A stretch of DNA of 64,000 bases, from positions 1-64,000 of the forward strand of contig JBFWOZ010000008.1 of the NCBI GenBank assembly GCA_050250255.1. Direction: 5' to 3'. The DNA is from Bdellovibrionales bacterium. GTDB taxonomy: Bacteria > Bdellovibrionota > Bdellovibrionia > Bdellovibrionales > DASUEL01. The position numbers were made by a program, and so were the translations under genes. The notes beneath the pieces were generated by a model that had not been told where the DNA came from, ran no database searches, and was given only the letters and a program-made list of their open reading frames with translations. Shown here in pieces: positions 27,911 to 36,717 of the stretch; within the stretch, counting starts at the first letter, position 1; each line of letters opens with the position of its first letter.

Positions 27911-28708
27911 GTGGAAAATCGCCTAATTCTCATTCAGAATAAAACAGTGCAGTTCCCGTCGTCGAAAGGTCATTTTTTGAAATTTGCCGTCGCTCTTCCC
28001 ATGTTTAATGAAGCCGAATGTGCGGAGCGCTCTGTTCGACGAATCAACGAAGAATTGAACACCATTTCCCACGAAAGCTTCATTCTTACGATCAACGACG
28101 GCAGTAAAGACAAAACTCTCGAGATTCTTCAATCTATCAGAGATGTTCCACGCTTAGTCGTTGTGAATCACGAAGTGAACAAAGGTTACGGTGGCGCGAT
28201 TTCTACCGCTTATAAAACGGCCAGCGAAAAAGGCATTGATTACGTACTGTTTATGGATGCGGATCTTACTCAAGATCCTAAGTATCTCCATGCCTTCGTA
28301 CCTAAAATGCTCGCAGGACACGTGATGATCAAAGGTTCACGATACGTTCGCGGCGGTGGAATGCAGGGTGTACCTCTTTATCGTGTTGCTGTTTCCAAAG
28401 TGGGTAATATTATTTCTTCAATTTTGTTTCGACATAAAATCAAAGATTACACCAATGGGTTTCGTGCCGTTCGAGTTGATATGGCCAAAAAACTTCAATT
28501 GAAGGAACGTGGGTTTGCGGTTCTTCTCGAAGAGATTTATCAACTTTCTCAGTGGACCTCCGATTTTTCCGAGGTGCCTTACATTCTCACCTTCCGTCAA
28601 GAAGGTGATGGAGTTTCGACTTTCACTTACACCCCAAAAGTCTTTATGAATTATTTAAAATACCCTGTACGTAAAGCTCTCAAGGTTCCAACCAAGGAGT
28701 CTCCATGA
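27911..28708 (+). CDS. GT2 glycosyltransferase, DPM1/polyprenol-phosphate type
   Basis: PMFNEA, NDGSKDKT, NKGYGGA, MDADL, GSRYV.GG, DYTNGFRA; start position uncertain. Confidence 0.9.
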   Translation: MENRLILIQNKTVQFPSSKGHFLKFAVALPMFNEAECAERSVRRINEELNTISHESFILTINDGSKDKTLEILQSIRDVPRLVVVNHEVNKGYGGAISTAYKTASEKGIDYVLFMDADLTQDPKYLHAFVPKMLAGHVMIKGSRYVRGGGMQGVPLYRVAVSKVGNIISSILFRHKIKDYTNGFRAVRVDMAKKLQLKERGFAVLLEEIYQLSQWTSDFSEVPYILTFRQEGDGVSTFTYTPKVFMNYLKYPVRKALKVPTKESP

Positions 28709-29904
28709 GAACCACATGTCGATCTTGTGGCGATGCAAAATCCGAAATGTTTTTAGACTTAGGTCCGCAACCTCTCGCTGGAGGCTTTCTACCTCCCACG
28801 ACAGAAGCCAAAGAGCTTGAAAAAATGCATCCGCTCCCTATTCACTTCTGTCATTCCTGTGGCTTGGTTCAGACCTTTTACGTCGTGCCAGCTGAAACTC
28901 TTTTTACAAACTACTGTTTTTCCTCCAGCACGGTTCCTTATCTCGTTCAACATTTTACCGACTACGCCAAGTGGCTCAAAGCAGAGTTGAAAGCCAATTC
29001 TGTTTTGGAATTTGGATGTAACGATGGAATTTTGCTCAAGCCTCTTGAAGCCATTGGCGTAAAAGCGGTGGGTATCGACATCTCCGAAAATATCACAGAA
29101 GTGGCGAGAGAGAAGGGCCTCAAAGTCAAAACAGGCTTCTTTAATCCCGCTTCTGCAGATCAGCTGAAAGATGAATATGGCGCTTTTGATGTTGTTACGG
29201 GCAGCAACTGTTTTCCTCACAACGATGAGCCCGAGCATATTTTAAAAGCTGCAAAAAAAGTTTTAAAACCAGACGGACATCTCTGTTTAGAAATTATGTA
29301 CGCGGGAGACCTGCTGGAAAAATTGCAGTGGGATTCCATGTACCATGAGCATTTAAATTACTTCAGCTTGAAGACTCTCGACATCTTACTTCGTCGTCAT
29401 GGGTTTCATACGGTACACGTGGAAAGACTTCCGATGCACGCAGGGACTCTCCGGCTCGTGGCTGCAGTGAACCCTTCCGAGACTCCACGCACGAGTGTCG
29501 CCGAACTCATGAAATATGAAGAAGCCACCGGGCTTAATCGCTTTGAAACTTGGAAACGTTTTGCACACGATGTTTTACGACAGATCAAAGTCACAAAAGA
29601 AGTTTTGGGTGCCTTGAGCACACGTCACCGTATTTGGGGTTACGGAGCCGCCGGCCGTGCGACAATGTGGGTGAATGCTTGCCAGATGAATTATTTAGAA
29701 TTCATGGTGGACTCTTCACCTTTTCGAAGTGGCAGACTGATGCCAGGTACTCATACGCCAATTGTATTTCCCGAAGCTTTAAGAACAAAACCACCTGATT
29801 ATATTTTTGTTCCAGCTTGGAATTACATCGACGAAATCCGCAGAAAAGAAGCCTGGTTTCAAGGCATCTGGTGTATTCCAGTACCCTTTCTTAAATTTTT
29901 ATAA
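28705..29904 (+). CDS. NDP-sugar C-methyltransferase-like protein
   Basis: CRSC...CHSCGLVQ, EFGCNDG, YHEHLNYFS, HAGTLR, GYGAAGR, PGTHTPI, AWNY. Confidence 0.9.
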   Translation: MRTTCRSCGDAKSEMFLDLGPQPLAGGFLPPTTEAKELEKMHPLPIHFCHSCGLVQTFYVVPAETLFTNYCFSSSTVPYLVQHFTDYAKWLKAELKANSVLEFGCNDGILLKPLEAIGVKAVGIDISENITEVAREKGLKVKTGFFNPASADQLKDEYGAFDVVTGSNCFPHNDEPEHILKAAKKVLKPDGHLCLEIMYAGDLLEKLQWDSMYHEHLNYFSLKTLDILLRRHGFHTVHVERLPMHAGTLRLVAAVNPSETPRTSVAELMKYEEATGLNRFETWKRFAHDVLRQIKVTKEVLGALSTRHRIWGYGAAGRATMWVNACQMNYLEFMVDSSPFRSGRLMPGTHTPIVFPEALRTKPPDYIFVPAWNYIDEIRRKEAWFQGIWCIPVPFLKFL

Positions 29905-29921
29905 TTAGGAGAATCGCTCCT

Positions 29922-31970
29922 ATGAGTTATTTTATTATTCTTCTTCTTTCTTTATTCAGTTCGCTAGCGAGCGCCAAAACCGTTCGTTACGAACTTCAGA
30001 TCACTAGACAGCCTGTGAATTTAAGTGGCCACAAGACTGTGGATTTTTCACTTATGGTGAATCACTCCATTCCCGCACCCACTCTTGAGTTCACCGAAGG
30101 GGATGAGGCTGAGATCGTTGTGAAAAACGGTCTTGATAACGAAGAAGTTTCTCTCCATTGGCATGGAATCCTTCTCCCTCCAGAAATGGATGGCGTAGCC
30201 TACGTCAACACGCCCCCCATTCATCCCGGCCAGTCACACACCTTTCGTTTTAAAATTCGTCAGCATGGAACCTACTGGTACCACTCACACACAATGGTGC
30301 AGGAACAAAAAGGCGTTTATGGTGCCTTTATTATTCATCCCAAAAATAAAACGATTCGAGCCGATAAAGAAGTTGTGGCCGTCTTAAGCGATTGGTCCGA
30401 TGAGAATGCCGATAATATCATTCGTAACCTGCGAAAAGATGGAGAGTACTATGCTTATAAAAAGGGAACTGTTCGTTCGTGGGCGGGCGCCCTTCAAGCC
30501 GGAAAATTCGGAACTTTTCTTGGTAATGAATGGACCCGTATGGGCGGAATGGATCTCTCCGACGTGGGTTATGATGCTTTTTTGATCAATGGAAAACGAG
30601 AGTTGCAACTTGTCGATGCGAAGGCCGGTGAAAAAATTCGACTTCGCATTATCAATGCGGCAGCATCGACTTACTTTTATGTGTCTTTAGGAAATCTTCC
30701 GATGAAAGTGATTTCCGCCGACGGTATCGATATTGAGCCAAAGACCGTTAAACAGGCATTGATGGGAATGGCCGAGACTCTTGATGTGTTATTCGAAGTT
30801 CCTCAAAATAAAAATTTTGAATTACGTGCGACCGCGCAAGATGTGAGTGGCTTAGCCTCCGGGTGGATTGGGTATGGCGAGAAAGTCGCCGCCCCGGCTA
30901 TAGCACCACCCGATCTTTACGCTAGCATGGAGCACGATGCACACGCAGATCACACCGCAAAACCGGAGAACTCTCACGAGCATCACGGAAATCATCATGG
31001 GAACCACAACGCTTCCCCGACCGTGGTAGAGCAACTCACTGTCGACGAGATAAGAGCCCAAGAAAAAACTCTCTTTCCCGCGAAAATCCCTCGCTACGAC
31101 GTGAAACTCGTTTTAGGTGGCGACATGGAGCGATACGTTTGGCACATCAACGGGAAAGCCATTCATGAAGATCGTACTATCGCGATTAACGAAGGTGATG
31201 TCGTACGATTCACTTTTGAAAACGAAACAATGATGCATCACCCGATGCATCTTCATGGACATTTTTTTCGAGTGCTTAATCAATATGACGATTATTCGCC
31301 ACTCAAACACACTGTCGACGTTCCTCCTCATGGAAAAAGAACGATCGAATTTTTGGCCAACGAACCAGGCGAGTGGATGCTTCATTGCCACAATCTGTAT
31401 CATATGAAAACCGGTATGGCCCGAGTGATTCAGTACTCTTCTTTCAAACCGAAAGCTGAGATCACTCATCACCAAAAACACGATCCGCATCTGCATGACC
31501 ATGTTTATTTTGATGGTTCCGCAAAAGCCGCTACAAATTTGGGGGAAGCAAAATTACGATTGTCACAAACATGGCATAATTTTGAGGCCCGCATTGAAGC
31601 TCGAAAAGATGATCATTGGGAAACGGAAGGGGATCTTCTCTACCGTCGGTGGTTTGGACAATACTTTAATGTTATCGCAGGTGGTACAAGCAGGCATCAT
31701 GAACAGCGTGGGATGCTAGGCGCGGGTTATCTCTTACCAATGCTCATTGAAACACAGATTTTGATCGACCATAAAGGAAAACTCCGAGTGGATTTGGAAA
31801 AATCCTTTCAATGGACAAAATATGTTTTTAGCGACGTAGAAGTAAGACTGCGGCAAGAGGAAGCGGCCGAATGGACCACATCTTTGATGTACGCACGTTC
31901 TTGGGCCTGGAGCGCCGGGTTTTTCTTTACAGGAAAAACACTCGGCGCCGGATTACATTATAAATTCTAA
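29922..31970 (+). CDS. Multicopper oxidase (CopA/PcoA-like) with C-terminal beta-barrel-like extension
   Basis: HWHG, WYHSH, HPMHLHGH, HCHNLYHM; His-rich linker; amphipathic beta C-terminus ending GLHYKF. Confidence 0.92.
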   Translation: MSYFIILLLSLFSSLASAKTVRYELQITRQPVNLSGHKTVDFSLMVNHSIPAPTLEFTEGDEAEIVVKNGLDNEEVSLHWHGILLPPEMDGVAYVNTPPIHPGQSHTFRFKIRQHGTYWYHSHTMVQEQKGVYGAFIIHPKNKTIRADKEVVAVLSDWSDENADNIIRNLRKDGEYYAYKKGTVRSWAGALQAGKFGTFLGNEWTRMGGMDLSDVGYDAFLINGKRELQLVDAKAGEKIRLRIINAAASTYFYVSLGNLPMKVISADGIDIEPKTVKQALMGMAETLDVLFEVPQNKNFELRATAQDVSGLASGWIGYGEKVAAPAIAPPDLYASMEHDAHADHTAKPENSHEHHGNHHGNHNASPTVVEQLTVDEIRAQEKTLFPAKIPRYDVKLVLGGDMERYVWHINGKAIHEDRTIAINEGDVVRFTFENETMMHHPMHLHGHFFRVLNQYDDYSPLKHTVDVPPHGKRTIEFLANEPGEWMLHCHNLYHMKTGMARVIQYSSFKPKAEITHHQKHDPHLHDHVYFDGSAKAATNLGEAKLRLSQTWHNFEARIEARKDDHWETEGDLLYRRWFGQYFNVIAGGTSRHHEQRGMLGAGYLLPMLIETQILIDHKGKLRVDLEKSFQWTKYVFSDVEVRLRQEEAAEWTTSLMYARSWAWSAGFFFTGKTLGAGLHYKF

Positions 31971-31983
31971 AATGACCTCATGA

Positions 31984-32481
31984 TTAATTGACGTCCGTAA
32001 TTGAACACATTTCGCGTTCAGTGTAGTAACCGGGATGACAATAATATCCGTTCCACCAGTAACCATTTCGGCCTCTATAATCCCAGCCATCCCATAGCCC
32101 TGGGCAAAATCCTGGGTTATAATCAACGATAACTCTGCATTGTACACCCACAGTGGCAATAAGGCTTGAATCAACCTGTTGACGAGGCTTTTCGCCATAC
32201 ACTTCAACATCATAATGGCGCTGAACACCATCTGCCGCGACCAACTTTTCTTCGGCATCAAACTTTTTAAATTTGACGGCCTTGGCATGAATGGCTCTCA
32301 TCATTTCTTCCGTTCCATAACGTTCAAGAGCACGACCTTGCAAATGATCTTGATAGTCTGCAAAATCTAGATCCTGAGCCGCCTCAACAAGATCTTCTGC
32401 CATATCCTCAGCTGCCGAATCCGCAAAGGCCATAGGGCCTCCGAAAACAAGCGCTACTGTTAACAAAATTTTTTTCAACAT
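31984..32481 (-). CDS. Secreted hypothetical protein
   Basis: Signal peptide MLKKILLTVALVFGGPMAFA; AAGGAGG RBS; G/Y/W-rich loop among Cys residues. Confidence 0.75.
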   Translation of the reverse strand: MLKKILLTVALVFGGPMAFADSAAEDMAEDLVEAAQDLDFADYQDHLQGRALERYGTEEMMRAIHAKAVKFKKFDAEEKLVAADGVQRHYDVEVYGEKPRQQVDSSLIATVGVQCRVIVDYNPGFCPGLWDGWDYRGRNGYWWNGYYCHPGYYTEREMCSITDVN

Positions 32482-32515
32482 AATTTCCTCCTTCAGTGAG
32501 TTTCTCAATGAAATT

Positions 32516-32532
32516 TGCAAAGAGTTTGCCTA
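32516..32532 (-). promoter_or_regulatory. Putative sigma54 promoter
   Basis: Minus strand reads TAGGCAAACTCTTTGCA (GG-N10-GC) upstream of 32481. Confidence 0.5.
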
Positions 32533-32653
32533 CTCTAGGCTTGCAAACAAATTGCATATGACCAACAAATTGAATTTGGTAGCACTTAGGAAAAAGTTTG
32601 GGTCAATGTGGTACTTATTATAGTGATTTATGCCCCACAAAAGGAGATTGAAA

Positions 32654-33772
32654 ATGAAATGGTTACTCCTCTCTTTAGCATTCATAGCTCTTGCACAGGG
32701 TCAAAAAACCACAACCTATGTTTCCGAAAAGGAAAAATTTCAGGTCGAGATTCTCACCCAACAAAAAGATGTTGTTTGGGGCTTCGACTTTATTTCTGAA
32801 AATCAGATGATTTTTAGCGAGCGTAGCGGCGCCCTCCGACTTTTGAATATCTCCCAGAAGGCTGTCACCGATCTCAAAGGTGCACCTCCAGCTTGGGTGA
32901 ATGGCCAAGGTGGTCTTCTCGACGTACGCGTACATCCTTCTAGCAAAAACAAAATTTATCTCACCTACTCAGAGCCTGTAAATGATGGTGCCACCACCGC
33001 TTGGGGTATTGGGATTTTGGTCGGAGATCAGCTTCGAGATTTTAAAAAAATGTTTTCGGCCCACAAACCAAATAACAACGAGATTCATTTTGGTTCTCGG
33101 CTCGAATTCGATGGCCAAGGACACATTTTCGTGAGCGTGGGTGATCGCAACGAACGAAATCAATCTCAAGATCTCTCTTACCATATGGGGAAAGTACTTC
33201 GTTTTAACGAAGATGGCTCCATTCCTAAAGACAACTTCTTTTTACAAACGAAAAACGCCAAACCAGAGGTTTGGAGTTACGGTCATCGTAATCCCCAAGG
33301 CCTTGCTTGGGACGCACAAAAAGAAACTCTCTGGCTCGCCGAAATGGGCCCACGCGGCGGCGACGAAATCAACATTGTTCGCCCCGGCGCAAACTACGGT
33401 TGGCCGGTTATTACATACGGCCGTGAATATTATGGTCCTAAAATAGGAACGACTTCTAAAGAGGGTATGGAACAACCGGTGGCGTATTGGGTTCCATCGA
33501 TTTCTCCTTCGGCAATCGCGGTTTATAACGGAACAAAGTTTTTAAACTGGAAAGGAAATCTTTTTTTAGCCAACTTAAGCTCACAGCATATCCGACGTTT
33601 AGAAATTCAAAACAAGAAGGTCATTCATCAAGAAGAACTTCTCAAGGCGTTAAACCTGCGCTTTCGCAACATCCGCGCAGGTCCCGATGGTCTCCTCTAT
33701 TTCTCAACTGACGATGGGAAGATCGGAAGACTGATTCCTATTAATGATAAGAAGGTGGCTCCCGCACCTTAG
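32654..33772 (+). CDS. PQQ-dependent soluble aldose sugar dehydrogenase (YliI/Asd-like)
   Basis: GQGGLLDV, HFGSRL, SYGHRNPQGL, EMGPRGGDEIN, NYGWP, WVPSISPS. Confidence 0.93.
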   Translation: MKWLLLSLAFIALAQGQKTTTYVSEKEKFQVEILTQQKDVVWGFDFISENQMIFSERSGALRLLNISQKAVTDLKGAPPAWVNGQGGLLDVRVHPSSKNKIYLTYSEPVNDGATTAWGIGILVGDQLRDFKKMFSAHKPNNNEIHFGSRLEFDGQGHIFVSVGDRNERNQSQDLSYHMGKVLRFNEDGSIPKDNFFLQTKNAKPEVWSYGHRNPQGLAWDAQKETLWLAEMGPRGGDEINIVRPGANYGWPVITYGREYYGPKIGTTSKEGMEQPVAYWVPSISPSAIAVYNGTKFLNWKGNLFLANLSSQHIRRLEIQNKKVIHQEELLKALNLRFRNIRAGPDGLLYFSTDDGKIGRLIPINDKKVAPAP

Positions 33773-33773
33773 C

Positions 33774-34415
33774 CTACTCCAAACGACGGATCAGGCTCGC
33801 TAGAACTCCCAAGATTTTAAACTCGGCATCTTGCTCAACTTCAATGACTTGATAATTGGGGTTGGCAGGGTGAAGCTCCACCCTCTCCTTTGTTCTATAA
33901 AATCGTTTGATCGTCGCTTCGTCACCTACGAGAGCTACCACCGTTTGCCCATTCATCGCTGTATGCTGGCGCTTAATGATCACGAGATCTCCATCCATGA
34001 TGCAATCATCGATCATAGAATCACCCTTCACTCGAAGCGCAAAGTAATCCGTGTTCGCTGTAATAAGGCCTCGCGGAATGTCCACGTATTCACGATTTTG
34101 TACGGCTTCTGTGAGGCGCCCTGCCGCCACCAAACCTTCGAGAGGTACCGAAACCACTTCGCTCTCTTGATAACTGGCTGGAACCAAAGTGCGTTTTTTA
34201 TTTGTGCCGACTTGAGCTTTTAAAAAACCCTTCTTCACTAGCTGTTGGACGAACTGTTGAACTGACGAGATCGATTTGTAATCAAACTTTTCCCTGATTT
34301 CCTCGTAGGTTGGAGAAAAGCCATTTTGCTCGGTGTAATCCACGATGAATTCGTAGACTTTCATTTCCTTAGGAGTCTGTTCGTTTAGGCGGGGATTTAA
34401 ATGCTCTATGATCAT
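33774..34415 (-). CDS. lexA: LexA transcriptional repressor
   Basis: wHTH (SPTYEEI...LVKKGF); cleavage site VAAG; catalytic GDSM and ATIKRF. Confidence 0.93.
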   Translation of the reverse strand: MIIEHLNPRLNEQTPKEMKVYEFIVDYTEQNGFSPTYEEIREKFDYKSISSVQQFVQQLVKKGFLKAQVGTNKKRTLVPASYQESEVVSVPLEGLVAAGRLTEAVQNREYVDIPRGLITANTDYFALRVKGDSMIDDCIMDGDLVIIKRQHTAMNGQTVVALVGDEATIKRFYRTKERVELHPANPNYQVIEVEQDAEFKILGVLASLIRRLE

Positions 34416-34448
34416 AAGGACCTCGGCGGTTAATGGTTATGTACTACT

Positions 34449-34488
34449 TACGTATCTACAAACGATATACGTAGGTTTTACGTAAAAC
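34449..34488. promoter_or_regulatory. Candidate LexA operators
   Basis: TACGTA at 34449, 34468 and 34479; perfect palindrome GTTTTACGTAAAAC at 34475-34488. Confidence 0.55.
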
Positions 34489-34547
34489 AATTGACCGAAG
34501 GTCTAGATTTGGAACGCGATTAGTTAGAACCCATCTCATAAGGCGAT

Positions 34548-34581
34548 AAAAAAAAGACCAGAGCGTTTTACCCTGGTCTTT
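34548..34581 (-). terminator. Rho-independent terminator
   Basis: AAAGACCAG-N11-CTGGTCTTT hairpin with a T run on the minus strand, downstream of 34635..35750. Confidence 0.75.
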
Positions 34582-34634
34582 GAAGTCATCTTGTTTCATT
34601 TGATATCCAACCGATATTACAACCCTGGCGTTGG

Positions 34635-35750
34635 TTACTGTAAGCGAAAGATATAGTTATTGAATCCAAATTTTGGATTCAACCTGTAATCGTAATCGAG
34701 ACGTGGCTCGAAGGTTTTTGTCCCAACTAGACGCCCATATTGTCTCGCATAGATGGTCACTGTGACTGAATAAACATCACGACACCAAATGTTGGTAAAT
34801 ATCTCACCTCCATTGAGGAGTTCGTTCGGATACCTTACCGACTGCACATGGACAGGGTCTGTCAGTTGGCCACTCTTTACAAATCGATTCGTGGATGACG
34901 TAATCGCATCACGCTGCACGGAGTTGGGTAGTTTCATAAGATAAACACCAAGTGTACATTCGGCAGAACTAAGAGCACTTAGAATTTTAAATTCTGCACT
35001 GATATCCAGGGACGAAACCGCCTGCGTAAGCGGGAAAACTTGATAGTTAGGCCATAAATTAGATTTTAAACTCAAAAGCTCTTCATAGAATTTCGTCTTA
35101 AGTTTATTGAGATCTTGAGGACTCGAAGTGAACAACAAAGACGTGATTTCTCTAACCAAATCGGAATTTTCAATGGAAGCGTTCCGTTTTTTTGCTATTC
35201 TATAAGCCGCCTCATGAAAGTAAAATCCTGCAAAATCAAGTTGTGTTAAAACTCCTCTAATCTCACCATCTACCATCACTAAACCGTTAGTTTGAAAATT
35301 TGCGAATTGTTCAAATTCACAACCTCTCTTTAATCCGATACGAGGATTAAAGTCATTTGTTTTTGCAGGGCCTGCTGACGGTGATTTAAATGTTCGTGTA
35401 TTAAGTTTGATATGGGCAATCTCAGCCAAAATTTCTTGATAGACTCCTTTGTACTCAAGATAGTCTCTATCGGTGGGTTGGATTCTTTTGAGTCCCTCAG
35501 CTAAAATTTCCTCCCAAGTTGGTTTTAGATTATTGAACTCCATACCTTCTGGGTAATCGAGATAGACAGGTTCTCTAGCCTCTGCAAGGTCTAAAAGCTT
35601 AGCCGACACAATACTTCCACCTGCATCACGGCAGACAACGGAAATCCCACCTCCGCCTTCTTTGGTTGCAAACGCTGCGGGGCTCGCAACTGTTAAACAC
35701 AGCAATACGGAAAATAAATGCGTTTCCATTTTTTTAGTAAATTGTTTCAT
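34635..35750 (-). CDS. Secreted hypothetical protein (GGG-VVC-LLDLxE...HE pattern), coupled to TIGR02147 #2
   Basis: Signal peptide ending PAAFA; EGGGGISVVCRD, LLDLAEA, CEFEQFA, FHEAAY; 4-nt overlap with upstream gene. Confidence 0.75.
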   Translation of the reverse strand: MKQFTKKMETHLFSVLLCLTVASPAAFATKEGGGGISVVCRDAGGSIVSAKLLDLAEAREPVYLDYPEGMEFNNLKPTWEEILAEGLKRIQPTDRDYLEYKGVYQEILAEIAHIKLNTRTFKSPSAGPAKTNDFNPRIGLKRGCEFEQFANFQTNGLVMVDGEIRGVLTQLDFAGFYFHEAAYRIAKKRNASIENSDLVREITSLLFTSSPQDLNKLKTKFYEELLSLKSNLWPNYQVFPLTQAVSSLDISAEFKILSALSSAECTLGVYLMKLPNSVQRDAITSSTNRFVKSGQLTDPVHVQSVRYPNELLNGGEIFTNIWCRDVYSVTVTIYARQYGRLVGTKTFEPRLDYDYRLNPKFGFNNYIFRLQ

Positions 35751-36553
35751 AGGGGCTCCTTTTTACTTGTATTCGTTAATGGGAAAAAACTAATTTGAAT
35801 TTGGTAGACTTCATCTGACTCTTCTTTATTGTAAAATTCTTGAGCAAAACTTCTTCGAAATTCGGTAATTCTTTTTTTGGCTCGCTCCATATCTTGAGAT
35901 TTAAAAGCGAAAGTGGCTGAAGTATGATTTCGTTGCAATAACGGAACTTCCTGAACTGCCTTTTTGGAAATTTCAAGAAGTTGACATTGGTATTTTCGTG
36001 CAGCGCTTGAAGTCATATCGTTCGTAAGATGAGAGAGATTTCCATTTTCAGAAATGTCCTTCCACGTTCCATCGGGCATTTCTTGTAGCAAATCCAATCT
36101 CATGAGACGCTCTACTGCGATCTTCGCTTCGGTCTTCGTGATCCCTAAACGTCGACTAACCCATTGGGCATTGGGTTCGAAACTTTTAAGATAAGTTAAT
36201 TCTAAAATTGCGTAGTGATACCAATCGGAGATCACAGAAAAGGCATCCAAAGTTTGGTGCTGAAATGGAACGATACTGCCTTTGGTTATTTCGTTATTTG
36301 GAATTTTATTGAGTTCATGAACAGAGAGGCCAAGTACACTTCCTAAACGCAACTTCATTTTTTCTGTCAAAGGCCGCTTGCTACTTAATATTTGTGATAA
36401 AGCAGAAGGTTCAATGTTTAATGATCGCGCAAAGGCTCTCAACGAATAATTGGGGTTAGAACGGCATCGGCTCACGAGCTCTTCTTGCAAAAGCCGACGA
36501 AAAGACAAGGCTTCAGAAGATTTTAATTTTTTACTCTTTACGCTGACTTCCAT
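35747..36553 (-). CDS. TIGR02147 family protein (XRE-like HTH + DUF4423)
   Basis: NPNYSLRAFARSLNIEPSALSQIL, FSVISDWYHYAILEL, VYQIQISFFPLT. Confidence 0.88.
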   Translation of the reverse strand: MEVSVKSKKLKSSEALSFRRLLQEELVSRCRSNPNYSLRAFARSLNIEPSALSQILSSKRPLTEKMKLRLGSVLGLSVHELNKIPNNEITKGSIVPFQHQTLDAFSVISDWYHYAILELTYLKSFEPNAQWVSRRLGITKTEAKIAVERLMRLDLLQEMPDGTWKDISENGNLSHLTNDMTSSAARKYQCQLLEISKKAVQEVPLLQRNHTSATFAFKSQDMERAKKRITEFRRSFAQEFYNKEESDEVYQIQISFFPLTNTSKKEPL

Positions 36554-36592
36554 GGGTGGAATCTACTGAAAGTTCAGAAAACTCGCCACAGG

Positions 36593-36626
36593 TTTTGACA
36601 CAACATGTGTCAAAATGACTGACACA
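36593..36626. promoter_or_regulatory. Candidate operator upstream of TIGR02147 #2
   Basis: Perfect TTTTGACACA-ACA-TGTGTCAAAA (36593-36615) plus half-site TGACACA (36620-36626). Confidence 0.65.
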
Positions 36627-36717
36627 TATAAATCCTTCACAGATAGAGAAAGCCGGAGCTGTCTAGAAAGTTTACAAGCCTAAGACGATCGCTTCCTGTC
36701 TTCCTTCATTGTTAGCT

